Source of the DNA: Ignavibacteriota bacterium | GTDB taxonomy: Bacteria; Bacteroidota; Ignavibacteria; Kapaibacteriales; UBA2268 | NCBI GenBank assembly: GCA_016219595.1 | Contig: JACRLY010000045.1 | Span: 21,211 to 75,136 of the forward strand | Direction: 5' to 3' | DNA: 53,926 nucleotides | In this document: one piece after another, positions 9,227 to 18,634 of the stretch | Position numbering within the stretch: the stretch's first letter is position 1 | Layout: every line of letters begins with the position of its first letter | Notes under the pieces: generated by a model | Told to the model about the DNA's origin: nothing | Seen by the model: the letters and a program-made list of their open reading frames with translations, nothing else | Database searches by the model: none | Translations under genes and position numbers: made by a program

Positions 9227-9655
9227 AATAGCATCTTTGATTTTATCACATGTGGCATAATGCTTGTAAACCTCACAGCTTCGGCATTCACGTCCTGAAC
9301 AGCAGTTGTCTTTGTGGTGGTATGACCAGCAGGGATTGTTATGCCCGTTGTACGATTCGCATTTTGCCCTGTCTTCCTCCGAACATTTTACAATGTTCCA
9401 GCAGGGTATAAGAGAGTAGATTGTTTTAATCGAAGGTATAGAAAATTTTTGTTCTGTTATTGCATGCCTGATACATTTCAGCCGGTCTATATCCGTATCT
9501 GAAAATAAGCGGTGAGCCGATTCCTTTTTAAATGGAATTATCAATCCTTCATGCTCGTACATTCTCAAAGTATGAACAGAAACACCAAGCATCCTTGCCG
9601 CCGAACTTATTGAGTACAGAGGTGTATCTTCATTTATTTTATTATTTTCTCCCAT
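9212..9655 (-). CDS. MerR-family (HspR-like) regulator with Cys-rich C-terminal domain (two CW motifs)
   Basis: PLYSISSAARMLGVSVHTLRMYEHEGLIIP HTH; PCW...C...C...PCW...CC...CRSCEVY. Confidence 0.88.
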   Translation of the reverse strand: MGENNKINEDTPLYSISSAARMLGVSVHTLRMYEHEGLIIPFKKESAHRLFSDTDIDRLKCIRHAITEQKFSIPSIKTIYSLIPCWNIVKCSEEDRAKCESYNGHNNPCWSYHHKDNCCSGRECRSCEVYKHYATCDKIKDAIKFKI

Positions 9656-9741
9656 CACTCCAAATTAAATATTTTTTCCCATATAATACCTAATAGTCTA
9701 ATTACCTACAGTCTAAATCACAACATTTTATTAACCTATTT

Positions 9742-9846
9742 GCATTGGGAGTAACACCCAATGCGGTTTGCTCTTATTTATTTGTTTCGAGAGTAATTCC
9801 CGACACGGTTTTAAATTGTTCACTATTCGTTATTCATTATTCACTA
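9742..9846. repeat. Two REP-like palindromes plus TTCACTA-type heptamer run
   Basis: GCATTGGGAGTAACACCCAATGC (9742..9764); degenerate GTTTCGAGAGTAATTCCCGACAC (9784..9806); four heptamers 9819..9846. Confidence 0.7.
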
Positions 9847-9995
9847 AAATAAAGCCGGAATTGCCTCAGAATCACCATCATTACTCATTTCATCTCTATT
9901 CATTTTAATGTAGGGAAAAACTCCCCACATGGTATATTTTTTTTAATCATTCATCATCTAAAAAATAAGAGACAATTCACGGCTCTTCAAACGAA

Positions 9996-10478
9996 TCAGG
10001 TAAAAATGATATTTGCTCCTGCAGACACTTCATAAAACTGCCCTACGGAAATAATTTCATCTACCTCATCACAAAAATCAGATTTTGTTAAATGAAACAT
10101 ATCCACCGATGCCTTGCATGCATATATATTGCATCCTGCATCATGTATCATAGTTAAAAACTCCCTCACCGGCGGAATATCAATTTTTTCCATTTCTTTT
10201 TTCATCATCGAAGTAGCAAAAGCAGACATCCCGGGAATGCTTCCTAAAACTGTAGGCATGTGCATCGCAGGATTTCCTACTGTAGCCACTTTCAGCTTGT
10301 CCATTCTCTTATTAATGATTGCATCCATTCCGAAGAATGTAAAGAAAAGATTTGCTTCTATGCCTGCCATTCTTGCTCCATTTGCCATGATTAACCCGGG
10401 ATACACTCCTTCGAGTGAGCCATGGGAAACAATAATTGACACTTTTTCAATCGGTTGACCATTACCATTATTTTCCAT
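9996..10478 (-). CDS. DsrE2-like (DsrE/DsrF/DrsH-like) sulfurtransferase
   Basis: LFFTFFGMDAI...YACKASVDMF...ANIIFT. Confidence 0.88.
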   Translation of the reverse strand: MENNGNGQPIEKVSIIVSHGSLEGVYPGLIMANGARMAGIEANLFFTFFGMDAIINKRMDKLKVATVGNPAMHMPTVLGSIPGMSAFATSMMKKEMEKIDIPPVREFLTMIHDAGCNIYACKASVDMFHLTKSDFCDEVDEIISVGQFYEVSAGANIIFT

Positions 10479-10551
10479 TATTTCTTCCTTTAATTTTTCT
10501 TTTATTATTTAATTAATATTTACTTTATAAACTTTACAAACTTTCAACTTT

Positions 10552-10869
10552 TTAGATGCACCCTGTCGGCTTTGGCAAACCTGCAACCTTAGCCGCCTTC
10601 TTTGCAGGTCCCTTTGGGAATAAAGCATAAAGCTCTTTTGTTTCAACACCACTTTCTTTTGTAAGTTTCCTTATTGAAGGTGCATCGCCTTTTTCCATAT
10701 ACTCCTTACGCATAAAGTTAATGACAAGCCAGTGCCTGTCTGTTAATTCAAGAACACCTTCTTCTTTAGCAAGCTCGACTGCAACCTCTTCGTTCCAATC
10801 GTCACGGTTCTTCAAATGATTGTCGTTGTCAAATTCAAGCATCTTACCTAATATTTCTCTTGCTGCCAT
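10552..10869 (-). CDS. tusE: TusE/DsrC-family sulfur relay protein (single C-terminal Cys)
   Basis: LTDRHWLVINFMR...LYALFPKGPAKKAAKVAGLPKPTGCI; lacks the second DsrC cysteine. Confidence 0.9.
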   Translation of the reverse strand: MAAREILGKMLEFDNDNHLKNRDDWNEEVAVELAKEEGVLELTDRHWLVINFMRKEYMEKGDAPSIRKLTKESGVETKELYALFPKGPAKKAAKVAGLPKPTGCI

Positions 10870-10901
10870 TTTTTTTACTCCTTTAATTTATCTATTGATA
10901 T

Positions 10902-11011
10902 CGTGTCGGGAGTAACTCCCGACACGGTTTTATTATTATTTACTAATTATCTAAACATTTACAGTCTAGTTGTTTATTCATTTTTCACTGTTCACTATTC
11001 ACTATTCACTA
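10902..11011. repeat. Perfect palindrome CGTGTCGGGAG-TAA-CTCCCGACACG followed by TTCACTA heptamers
   Basis: 11-bp stem at 10902..10926; heptamers at 10984..11011 contain the stop codon of the DUF1641 gene. Confidence 0.8.
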
Positions 11012-11677
11012 ATTCTTATTCTCCGCCATTCCTTTAACCAGCTTCGTAACAAAGAGCAGTCCTTGCTTCATCTCTGGCTTATTCAATTCTCTTAATAAAC
11101 CGAATAACGAAATGTTACCTGCTTTTTCCATATTCATATTCTTATAAATATCAACTGCATTATTCACTGTTGTAAGCATTTCCGGTTGTGTCAGATTCTT
11201 AATCGTATTCAATATCATAACAATATTATCCCCGAGATTTTTTACATCTTGCGGTGAAAATGATGTAACGATTTTATCCATTACATTAAATGCTTCCTTT
11301 GAGAACTGGAAATATCCTGCTCTGTCCATTTCATCGAATTTCAGTAGCAAAGACTGGAAAATTTCTTTCGAAATCACCTTAGCATCATCAAGAAAATCTC
11401 TTGCACTCTCGATTTGTTCGAATGCATTTGACAAATTGTTCGTATTTCTCACCAGCTTTTTCAGAAGATGAAGAATATCACCTGTCTGTAAATGATTCGA
11501 AAGCTCTTCAAATTCCTTCAATGAAGTCTGAAACACATCTTTTGCTACAATCATAAGGTCATCCTTCAGGTCTTCCATTTCAAGACGGTGGCGTCTCTGG
11601 TATTCAAGCTCCTGCACTATGAAGTCAAGCTTGTCATTCAGTGCATCTATCCTGTTATTTACATCTGTGTCAGTCAT
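11009..11677 (-). CDS. DUF1641-like helical protein of sqr clusters
   Basis: C-terminal ISLFGLLRELNKPEMKQGL motif; directly downstream of sqr. Confidence 0.75.
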   Translation of the reverse strand: MTDTDVNNRIDALNDKLDFIVQELEYQRRHRLEMEDLKDDLMIVAKDVFQTSLKEFEELSNHLQTGDILHLLKKLVRNTNNLSNAFEQIESARDFLDDAKVISKEIFQSLLLKFDEMDRAGYFQFSKEAFNVMDKIVTSFSPQDVKNLGDNIVMILNTIKNLTQPEMLTTVNNAVDIYKNMNMEKAGNISLFGLLRELNKPEMKQGLLFVTKLVKGMAENKN

Positions 11678-11678
11678 A

Positions 11679-12908
11679 TCAATACCTCTTTCCTGCCATT
11701 GACATATTCGAAGTAACAGGCAATTCTTGTCCTCTTAAAAGCAAGTTCCAGTACATCCAGCGGAACATCACTTTCCCATAGTGATTCATCTTTGTTTCCT
11801 GCAATAGCGAAAATGGTCCTATTCCCGGCAATGGATATTTACCCGGCAACGGCTCAACATCGAAGTTGAAATCTATCAATAGTCCTTTACCGTATCCTGA
11901 TTCGATGAAGCAATTTGCGTGACCATCGAATTTTGCTCTCATCGGTCGTCCTTCTACAGCATTCAGGAAATTATCATAAAGAATTTCAGCTTCGAAGTGA
12001 GCCACAGAACCTGCCTTTGAACTCGTCAGGTCTGTCGTGTCGCCTATAACAAATATATTAGGATAATTTTTCGATTTTAGTGTCTCTTTATCTGTTGCAA
12101 TATAATTGAACTCATTTCCCATCCCGCTTCTTTCGATTGCCGAGTCACCTTTATTTGTCGGAATTGTTACAAGCACATCATAAGGAATTTCCTGCTCATC
12201 CCACGAAACAATAACTTTCTTTTCATTATCAACTCTTGCAATTCCGAACTCAGTGGTTAGCTTTATATTTTTCTTTTCGAGTATATCTCCGAGTATGCCC
12301 GAAGCAATCGGTTTTGTGAATGCTCCCGGCAATGGTGTTACAAAATGTATATCAACTTTATCCCTCATTCCCATTTGTGTGAAAAATGAATCTGCAAGGA
12401 ATAAGAACTCGAGTGGAGCAACAGGGCATTTTATAGGCATTTCAACAATATTCAATACAAGCTTTCCACCTTCCCAGGATTTGAAGAAATTAGCCAATGC
12501 ACAGGCACCTTCCAATGTATAGAAATCGAATTTGTTCTTATGCCAGTTTTCGTCTATCAATCCTTCAGTTTCTTCGGGATGAATATGAGTTCCGGTTGCA
12601 ACGATTAAATAATCATAACTCAGAATCTGATTGTTCTTAAGAAGAACTCTATTGTTATCCGGTTCAACTTTATCAATCTCTGCGATTACAACTTCAACAC
12701 CTCTCGGATAAAAATCCCTTTTTGGCTTCATTACATCCTTTGATGTATAAATTCCAAATGGAATGAATAGAAATCCGGGCTGGTAATAATGTGTCTCGCT
12801 TCTGTCAACAATCGTTATATGCCATTTACTTTGGTCAAGGACTTCGTGCAGTTTATTGGCAATTATTGTTCCTGCTGTCCCTCCGCCTAATATTAACAAC
12901 TTTTTCAA
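11679..12908 (-). CDS. sqr: Sulfide:quinone oxidoreductase (type III-like)
   Basis: GGGTAG FAD motif, HYYQPGFLFIPFG, IKCPVAPLEF, SKAGSVAHF, FDGHANCFIESG; TTG start. Confidence 0.9.
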   Translation of the reverse strand: MKKLLILGGGTAGTIIANKLHEVLDQSKWHITIVDRSETHYYQPGFLFIPFGIYTSKDVMKPKRDFYPRGVEVVIAEIDKVEPDNNRVLLKNNQILSYDYLIVATGTHIHPEETEGLIDENWHKNKFDFYTLEGACALANFFKSWEGGKLVLNIVEMPIKCPVAPLEFLFLADSFFTQMGMRDKVDIHFVTPLPGAFTKPIASGILGDILEKKNIKLTTEFGIARVDNEKKVIVSWDEQEIPYDVLVTIPTNKGDSAIERSGMGNEFNYIATDKETLKSKNYPNIFVIGDTTDLTSSKAGSVAHFEAEILYDNFLNAVEGRPMRAKFDGHANCFIESGYGKGLLIDFNFDVEPLPGKYPLPGIGPFSLLQETKMNHYGKVMFRWMYWNLLLRGQELPVTSNMSMAGKRY

Positions 12909-13245
12909 TTTAACCTCAATTCAAAAAACTATATTTTAAACTATCAAATTTTCTTCTATTCAAAAATATAGCTTTATTGACTGAAAAGCAAGAAAAATAT
13001 TTTAGTAAGTCCTTGATTTTTAATTATTTAGGAGAATATAAAAATTGTTTTTAGTTTGACTAAAATTATAACTCTATGGCAATATTGAAGATGGATTAAT
13101 TATTTTTTCAATTAAAATTTATAAAAATCCAAAAGTAATTTTTATAATAATTTGCTATCATAACAGCCGATTATTATAATATTTTGCTATTATAACGGAA
13201 AATTATTATATTTGTCATTAAATTTATTAAATATATAGATTTAGA

Positions 13246-14370
13246 ATGATAGAAAGAGAAGTATCAAAATTATTAAATGCAAGACTCGGCAAAAAGAAAG
13301 CATTGATTGTTGTTGGAGCAAGGCAAGTTGGTAAAACTACACTTGTTCGCCACATAGCGTCTAATTTTATAGGAAAAAATATTATCTGGAATTGTGATGA
13401 ACCCGATGTTCGTAGTAGATTAGAAAATCCCACATCAACACAGCTGAAGCAAATGATAGGCAATAACAAGCTGCTTGTAATTGACGAAGCACAAAGAATT
13501 AATAATATCGGAATTACCATTAAACTAATTGTTGATAATATTCCTGATGTTCAGGTGATTGTTACCGGCTCTTCTTCGCTCGAATTGGCAAAAGGAATTT
13601 ATGAACCATTAACAGGCAGAAAGTTTGAATTTAAACTTTATCCTTTTTCTTTCGGTGAACTTGTTGCACATACTTCGTTACTTGAACAAAGACGTCTTCT
13701 TGAACATAGAATCCTCTATGGCTTTTATCCTGATGTTGTGAATAATCCCGGAGATGAACGTTCAAGATTGAATGAAATAATCACGAGCTACCTTTTCAAG
13801 GATATTTTTACTTTCGGTAATATCCGCAAACCGGATATATTCGACCGCCTGATAAAAGCACTGGCTCTACAAATCGGGAATGAAGTGTCATACAATGAGC
13901 TGTCAAAATTGGTTGGTATTAATAAAGAGACAGTTTATAAATATATTGATTTATTGGAAAAAACATTTATTGTTTTCGTTCTCAATTCATTCAGCAGAAA
14001 TCAACGGAATGAGTTGAAGAAAAGCAAAAAAATATATTTTTGGGACACCGGAATAAGAAATGCAATTATTGATAATTTCAATTCAAAAGAACTCAGGAAT
14101 GACTGGGGATTTTTGTGGGAAAACTTCATCATCAGCGAGAGAATGAAATTCGTCAGCAATACAGGTAAATACCGGAATTATTATTTCTGGAGAACTGCTC
14201 AAAAACAAGAGATTGATTTCATTGAAGAATATGACGGTGAACTGCATCCTTACGAGTTCAAATGGAATCCAAAAGTTACTGCTAAATTGCCAGGAACGTT
14301 TTCATCAGCTTATGGAGATTATGATTTTAAAGTTATAAATTCTGAGAATTTTCTCGAATTTATAAAATAA
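13246..14370 (+). CDS. AAA+ ATPase (AAA_14) with DUF4143 domain
   Basis: GARQVGKTT, IDEAQ, TGSSS, KIYFWDTG, EIDF...EFKW. Confidence 0.9.
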   Translation: MIEREVSKLLNARLGKKKALIVVGARQVGKTTLVRHIASNFIGKNIIWNCDEPDVRSRLENPTSTQLKQMIGNNKLLVIDEAQRINNIGITIKLIVDNIPDVQVIVTGSSSLELAKGIYEPLTGRKFEFKLYPFSFGELVAHTSLLEQRRLLEHRILYGFYPDVVNNPGDERSRLNEIITSYLFKDIFTFGNIRKPDIFDRLIKALALQIGNEVSYNELSKLVGINKETVYKYIDLLEKTFIVFVLNSFSRNQRNELKKSKKIYFWDTGIRNAIIDNFNSKELRNDWGFLWENFIISERMKFVSNTGKYRNYYFWRTAQKQEIDFIEEYDGELHPYEFKWNPKVTAKLPGTFSSAYGDYDFKVINSENFLEFIK

Positions 14371-14515
14371 AATTATAATTTATAATTATACGGCTTATAA
14401 TATTAGACAATGGCTAATATGAACATTGAATTAATATAAATTGGAAGAAATCCTTGAATTGCCAATCTTTTTTAATATAAACTACTTAACTGGTTATCAC
14501 ACATCCCTTTTTTTA

Positions 14516-14530
14516 TGGTACAGCATTTGT
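14516..14530 (+). promoter_or_regulatory. Possible sigma54 -24/-12 promoter for flhB
   Basis: TGGTACAGCATTTGT = GG-N10-GT (consensus GG-N10-GC), 31 bp before the ATG. Confidence 0.4.
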
Positions 14531-14561
14531 CATATACAATTCAAATTAATTAAATAGGTAT

Positions 14562-15641
14562 ATGGCAGAAAACAAAGAAGGCCAGGAAAAAACCGAACCG
14601 GCGAGTGCGAAGCGTCTGAACGAAGCACGAGCCAGGGGACAGGTTTCAAAAAGTATGGATGTTACCACAGCGGCAATGATGCTGTTCGGGGGGCTTATTA
14701 TCTTTTTGTTTGGGAAGTCCCTGATTTCTGCTTTCCAGGATTTTATGAAATACATTTTTTATAATTCATCGAGCATCACCCTTACTGATAATAATGTAGG
14801 TAGTTTGTTTATGCAGCTTCTGCTATTGCTTTCCAAAATACTCCTTCCCATTCTTATTCTAATTATGTTGATTGGCTTTATTGCAGAAGTATCGCAAGTC
14901 GGATTTAGGTTTGCAACAAAAAAATTCACCGAAGGACTTCACTTCAAACAAATCTTCAACCCGTTCAGCGGATTGAAAAAAATATTCATGTCGGGAAGGG
15001 CGGCATTCGAACTCGTGAAAAGTTTTGCTAAACTGCTCCTATTCTCTTTGATTGTTTACCAGGTTCTCTCATCCAGAGCTGAAGAAACAATAGGGCTGAT
15101 GGAAAGACCAATCGCGGACATAGGTGCATTCATAGCTGAAGTTTGCTTTGAATTATTGATTAAAGTTTCAATCGTTTTCATTCTCGTAGCAATTGCCGAT
15201 TTCTTCTATCAGAAATACAGGTTCAAAGAAGATATGAAGATGACCAAGCAGGAGACAAAAGAAGAAACCAAGCAAACCGAAGGCGACCCGAAAATCCGCC
15301 AGAGAATCAGGTCAATCCTCCGTTCCCGTTTGAGAAAACTTATGTTGAAGAAAGTCAAAACTGCAGAAGTCGTTATAACCAACCCGACTCACTTTGCAGT
15401 TGCACTCAGCTACAAATCCGAGAATATGTCTGCTCCAATCCTCGTTGCAAAAGGTGTTGACTTCCTCGCATTGCAAATCCGTGAAATTGCCGAGCAAAAC
15501 GGTGTTCCGATTGTCGAAGACCCGCCACTTGCACGTGTTATTTTCTATAAAGTTGACGTTGAGCAGGAAATCCCCGAAAACCTTTTCAAAGCAGTGGCAC
15601 AAGTTCTCGCTTATGTATATCATCTGAAGCGAAGAGCTTGA
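14562..15641 (+). CDS. flhB: Flagellar export substrate-specificity switch FlhB
   Basis: EKTEPAS..R...AR.RGQV, four TM segments, MTKQE.KEE.KQTEGDP, autocleavage motif NPTH. Confidence 0.95.
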   Translation: MAENKEGQEKTEPASAKRLNEARARGQVSKSMDVTTAAMMLFGGLIIFLFGKSLISAFQDFMKYIFYNSSSITLTDNNVGSLFMQLLLLLSKILLPILILIMLIGFIAEVSQVGFRFATKKFTEGLHFKQIFNPFSGLKKIFMSGRAAFELVKSFAKLLLFSLIVYQVLSSRAEETIGLMERPIADIGAFIAEVCFELLIKVSIVFILVAIADFFYQKYRFKEDMKMTKQETKEETKQTEGDPKIRQRIRSILRSRLRKLMLKKVKTAEVVITNPTHFAVALSYKSENMSAPILVAKGVDFLALQIREIAEQNGVPIVEDPPLARVIFYKVDVEQEIPENLFKAVAQVLAYVYHLKRRA

Positions 15642-15886
15642 TAAAATTTTTATTAAATTCTGATTCACTTTAAAATTTTCCATTTGTATTTCAAATTTAT
15701 AATACATAAGTTAATGCTGTTAATTACTTAATATACAATAGTATATAATTTTTATAATTCGATACGAAGTGAATTTTGTTAGCCAATTATTATTATAAAT
15801 AAAATTGACAGCTAATAGTATAATTGTCCTTTGTAATTATTTTATTTGAAAAAAATAGAAATTAATATTTATATAAGGTAATCATT

Positions 15887-16375
15887 ATGAAGAAGCTGAA
15901 ACTATTTTTTGTAACAACCATATTCTTTTGCTTTAACCTGGTTTTATTATATTCTCAAAACACAATTCCAAGTACGGGTAAAGATGTAACATGCAGCTCC
16001 GGCTCTGTGAGTTATTCTATCGGACAATCATTTTATAATATTGATTACGGAAATAACGGTTCAATAATTCAGGGAGTTCAGCAGCCTTTTGAGATTTCTG
16101 TAGTCGGCGGCATTGATGAATCTGATTGTATAAAACTTAACTGTTCGACTTATCCTAATCCTGTTTCAGAATTTCTTAATATTTCAATTGAAGGATTCAC
16201 TTATAATAAATATTACGCAACATTATATAATTCTGTCGGAAAAAAAATAAAAGAAATACAAATTGTTAGCGATGAAACACTAATTGATATGAAGAATTTA
16301 GCATCGGGGAATTATTATTTAAATGTGATGAATCAGAATTCGGCTTTTAAAGTATTTAAAATTATTAAGAATTAA
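15887..16375 (+). CDS. Small T9SS type A sorting-domain protein (short N-terminal beta module + CTD)
   Basis: Signal peptide, GSVSYSIGQ...QGVQQP module, YPNP...LASGNYYL...FKIIKN CTD. Confidence 0.88.
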   Translation: MKKLKLFFVTTIFFCFNLVLLYSQNTIPSTGKDVTCSSGSVSYSIGQSFYNIDYGNNGSIIQGVQQPFEISVVGGIDESDCIKLNCSTYPNPVSEFLNISIEGFTYNKYYATLYNSVGKKIKEIQIVSDETLIDMKNLASGNYYLNVMNQNSAFKVFKIIKN

Positions 16376-16509
16376 TGTACAAAATATTAAAATTACAATT
16401 ACTGTTTTGATTGAATAATATTAAAAGTTATTTAAATCAATCATAAAATATATTCCAGGTTTATTGACAGAGAATAATAATTTTATTACCAAATAAATAT
16501 GGGATAAAT

Positions 16510-18627
16510 ATGAAAACTAAAATCAGATTAATCGTTATTTATTTTATCGCACTGACAAATATAATATTTTCATTCTCACTTCTAAGTCAGGCACCACAAA
16601 AAATGAGCTACCAGGCTGTTATTCGTAATTCAAGTGACCAGTTGGTCAGAAACACACAGGTTGGAATGCGTATTAGCATTTTGAAAGGAACTGCCGGTGG
16701 AACAGTGGTCTTCACAGAAACACAGATGCCAACAACCAATGCGAACGGCTTGATTAGTATTGAAATTGGTGGAGGAGCCGGTTTTGCTTCAATTGACTGG
16801 TCATCTGATTTATATTTTATTAAAATCGAAACAGACCCTTCCGGAGGAAACGATTACACTATTTCCGGAACAAGTCAATTGCTCAGTGTACCTTATGCAT
16901 TCCATTCTAATACTGCAGAAAGATTAGCAGGAAGTTCAAATGAAATTGACCCAGTTTTCATGGCTTCACCAGCTAATGAAATTACTAATTCAAATATCAA
17001 TAACTGGAATTCTGCTTTTAACTGGGGTAACCATTCAACTGCCGGTTATTTGACAACTGAAGTTGACGGCTCAGTTAACAATGAAATAGAACTTCCGTCT
17101 CAATCAGGTAATTCAGGTAAATTCCTGACAACTGACGGCACAAACGCACTATGGACAACATCTTCAACAGATGAAACTGACCCTGTTTTTACAGCATCTC
17201 CTGCAAACAATATAACAAATGCAAATATTAACAACTGGAATTTAGCATTTGGCTGGGGTAACCATTCTACTGCAGGTTATCTAACATCAGAAATAGATGG
17301 TTCTGTTACAAACGAAATCGAATTGCCATCTCAGACAGGAAACACCGGTAAGTATTTAAAGACAGACGGAACAATAGCATCATGGTCTGATGTTAGTGCT
17401 CCCGGTTGGAGTTTAACAGGAAATAGCGGAACTAACCCAACTGCAAATTTTGTTGGGACGACAGATGCTCAGGCTTTTGTAATCAGAACAAACAATGTAA
17501 TTCGCACACGTATAACCACGAAGGGACAGATTGAAATTTTGAATACAGGCAATTCAGTTTTTATAGGTGATGGTGCCGGAAACAGCGATGACCTGTCAAA
17601 TAATGCAAATGTGTTCATTGGCTATCATGCAGGTTTAAATAATACTACAGGAAGCTCAAACATCGGTATTGGTAATAATGCATTGAGAGGGAACACAACA
17701 GGGAGCTCAAATGTTGCAGTAGGCAATGCCGCACTTTCAGATAATACTACAGGTTTAATGAATACTGCATTCGGAAATGGTGCATTGAATTTTAGTACAA
17801 CTTCCAGTTCAAATACGGCAGTCGGTTATCAGGCACTAAAACTAAATTCAACAGGTTCTTCAAACTCAGCTTTAGGATTATATTCGCTTTATAATAATGA
17901 TGATGGGATTTCCAATACCGCTTGTGGGACTTGGACATTGTATGAGAATACCTCAGGACAGTACAATTCTGCTTCCGGGGCTTCGGCATTAAGAAGCAAC
18001 ACTACAGGAAATTATAATACTTCTATGGGTTATTCCTCATTATACAACAATACTACAGGTTCTGAAAATACTGCTTTTGGGAAAGATGCTGCCCAAGGCG
18101 GCAATTATAATAATATTTCAGCTTTTGGCTATGATGCCGCTCCAACTGCAAGCAACCGTGTTCGTATAGGTAATTCGAGTGTAACACAAATTGGAGGTCA
18201 GGTCGGCTGGAGCACTCTTTCGGATGCGCGAATAAAAAATAATATTCGCGAAGATGTTAAAGGTCTCGATTTTATTATGAAATTACGTCCTGTTACTTAT
18301 ACTTTTAATAAAGACAATGCCGATGCACTGATAGGAGTAGTTGATGAAAGCATCTCCCCGGAAAAATATGATATTGAAAGAATAAGATTTAGCGGTTTCC
18401 TTGCACAGGAAGTGGAACAGGCGGCGATAATTTCAGGATATAATTTCAGCGGTGTAACAAAACCTGAGAACGAACGTGATTTGTACAGTCTTCGTTATGC
18501 AGAATTTGTTGTTCCATTGGTTAAAGGGATGCAGGAACAACAGTCTGTAATTGAACAACTCAATCAACGCATAGAAATGCTTGAAAGTCAAATAAATGAA
18601 ATGAAATTATTAATTGGGGAAAAATAA
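16510..18627 (+). CDS. Tail-fibre-like trimeric adhesin with Peptidase_S74-type intramolecular chaperone
   Basis: Signal peptide, QAPQKMSYQAVIRN domain, two 77-aa repeats, ~17-aa NTAxGxxALxxNTTG solenoid repeats, SDARIK...LRPVTY...GFLAQEVE, coiled coil; no T9SS CTD. Confidence 0.88.
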   Translation: MKTKIRLIVIYFIALTNIIFSFSLLSQAPQKMSYQAVIRNSSDQLVRNTQVGMRISILKGTAGGTVVFTETQMPTTNANGLISIEIGGGAGFASIDWSSDLYFIKIETDPSGGNDYTISGTSQLLSVPYAFHSNTAERLAGSSNEIDPVFMASPANEITNSNINNWNSAFNWGNHSTAGYLTTEVDGSVNNEIELPSQSGNSGKFLTTDGTNALWTTSSTDETDPVFTASPANNITNANINNWNLAFGWGNHSTAGYLTSEIDGSVTNEIELPSQTGNTGKYLKTDGTIASWSDVSAPGWSLTGNSGTNPTANFVGTTDAQAFVIRTNNVIRTRITTKGQIEILNTGNSVFIGDGAGNSDDLSNNANVFIGYHAGLNNTTGSSNIGIGNNALRGNTTGSSNVAVGNAALSDNTTGLMNTAFGNGALNFSTTSSSNTAVGYQALKLNSTGSSNSALGLYSLYNNDDGISNTACGTWTLYENTSGQYNSASGASALRSNTTGNYNTSMGYSSLYNNTTGSENTAFGKDAAQGGNYNNISAFGYDAAPTASNRVRIGNSSVTQIGGQVGWSTLSDARIKNNIREDVKGLDFIMKLRPVTYTFNKDNADALIGVVDESISPEKYDIERIRFSGFLAQEVEQAAIISGYNFSGVTKPENERDLYSLRYAEFVVPLVKGMQEQQSVIEQLNQRIEMLESQINEMKLLIGEK
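16939..17400 (+). repeat. Intragenic tandem duplication, 2 x 231 bp (77 aa)
   Basis: E.DPVF.ASPAN.ITN.NINNWN.AF.WGNHSTAGYLT.E.DGSV.NEIELPSQ.GN.GK.L.TDGT occurs twice. Confidence 0.9.
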
Positions 18628-18634
18628 TTAATTT

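Noticed and set aside
10552-10869. DsrC implying dissimilatory sulfur metabolism
   Set aside because: Only one C-terminal Cys and no dsrAB in the window
9742-11011. CRISPR array
   Set aside because: Palindromic repeats are irregularly spaced and separated by genes; no cas genes
16510-18627. Prophage tail gene
   Set aside because: Has a Sec signal peptide and no phage structural, integrase or lysis genes nearby
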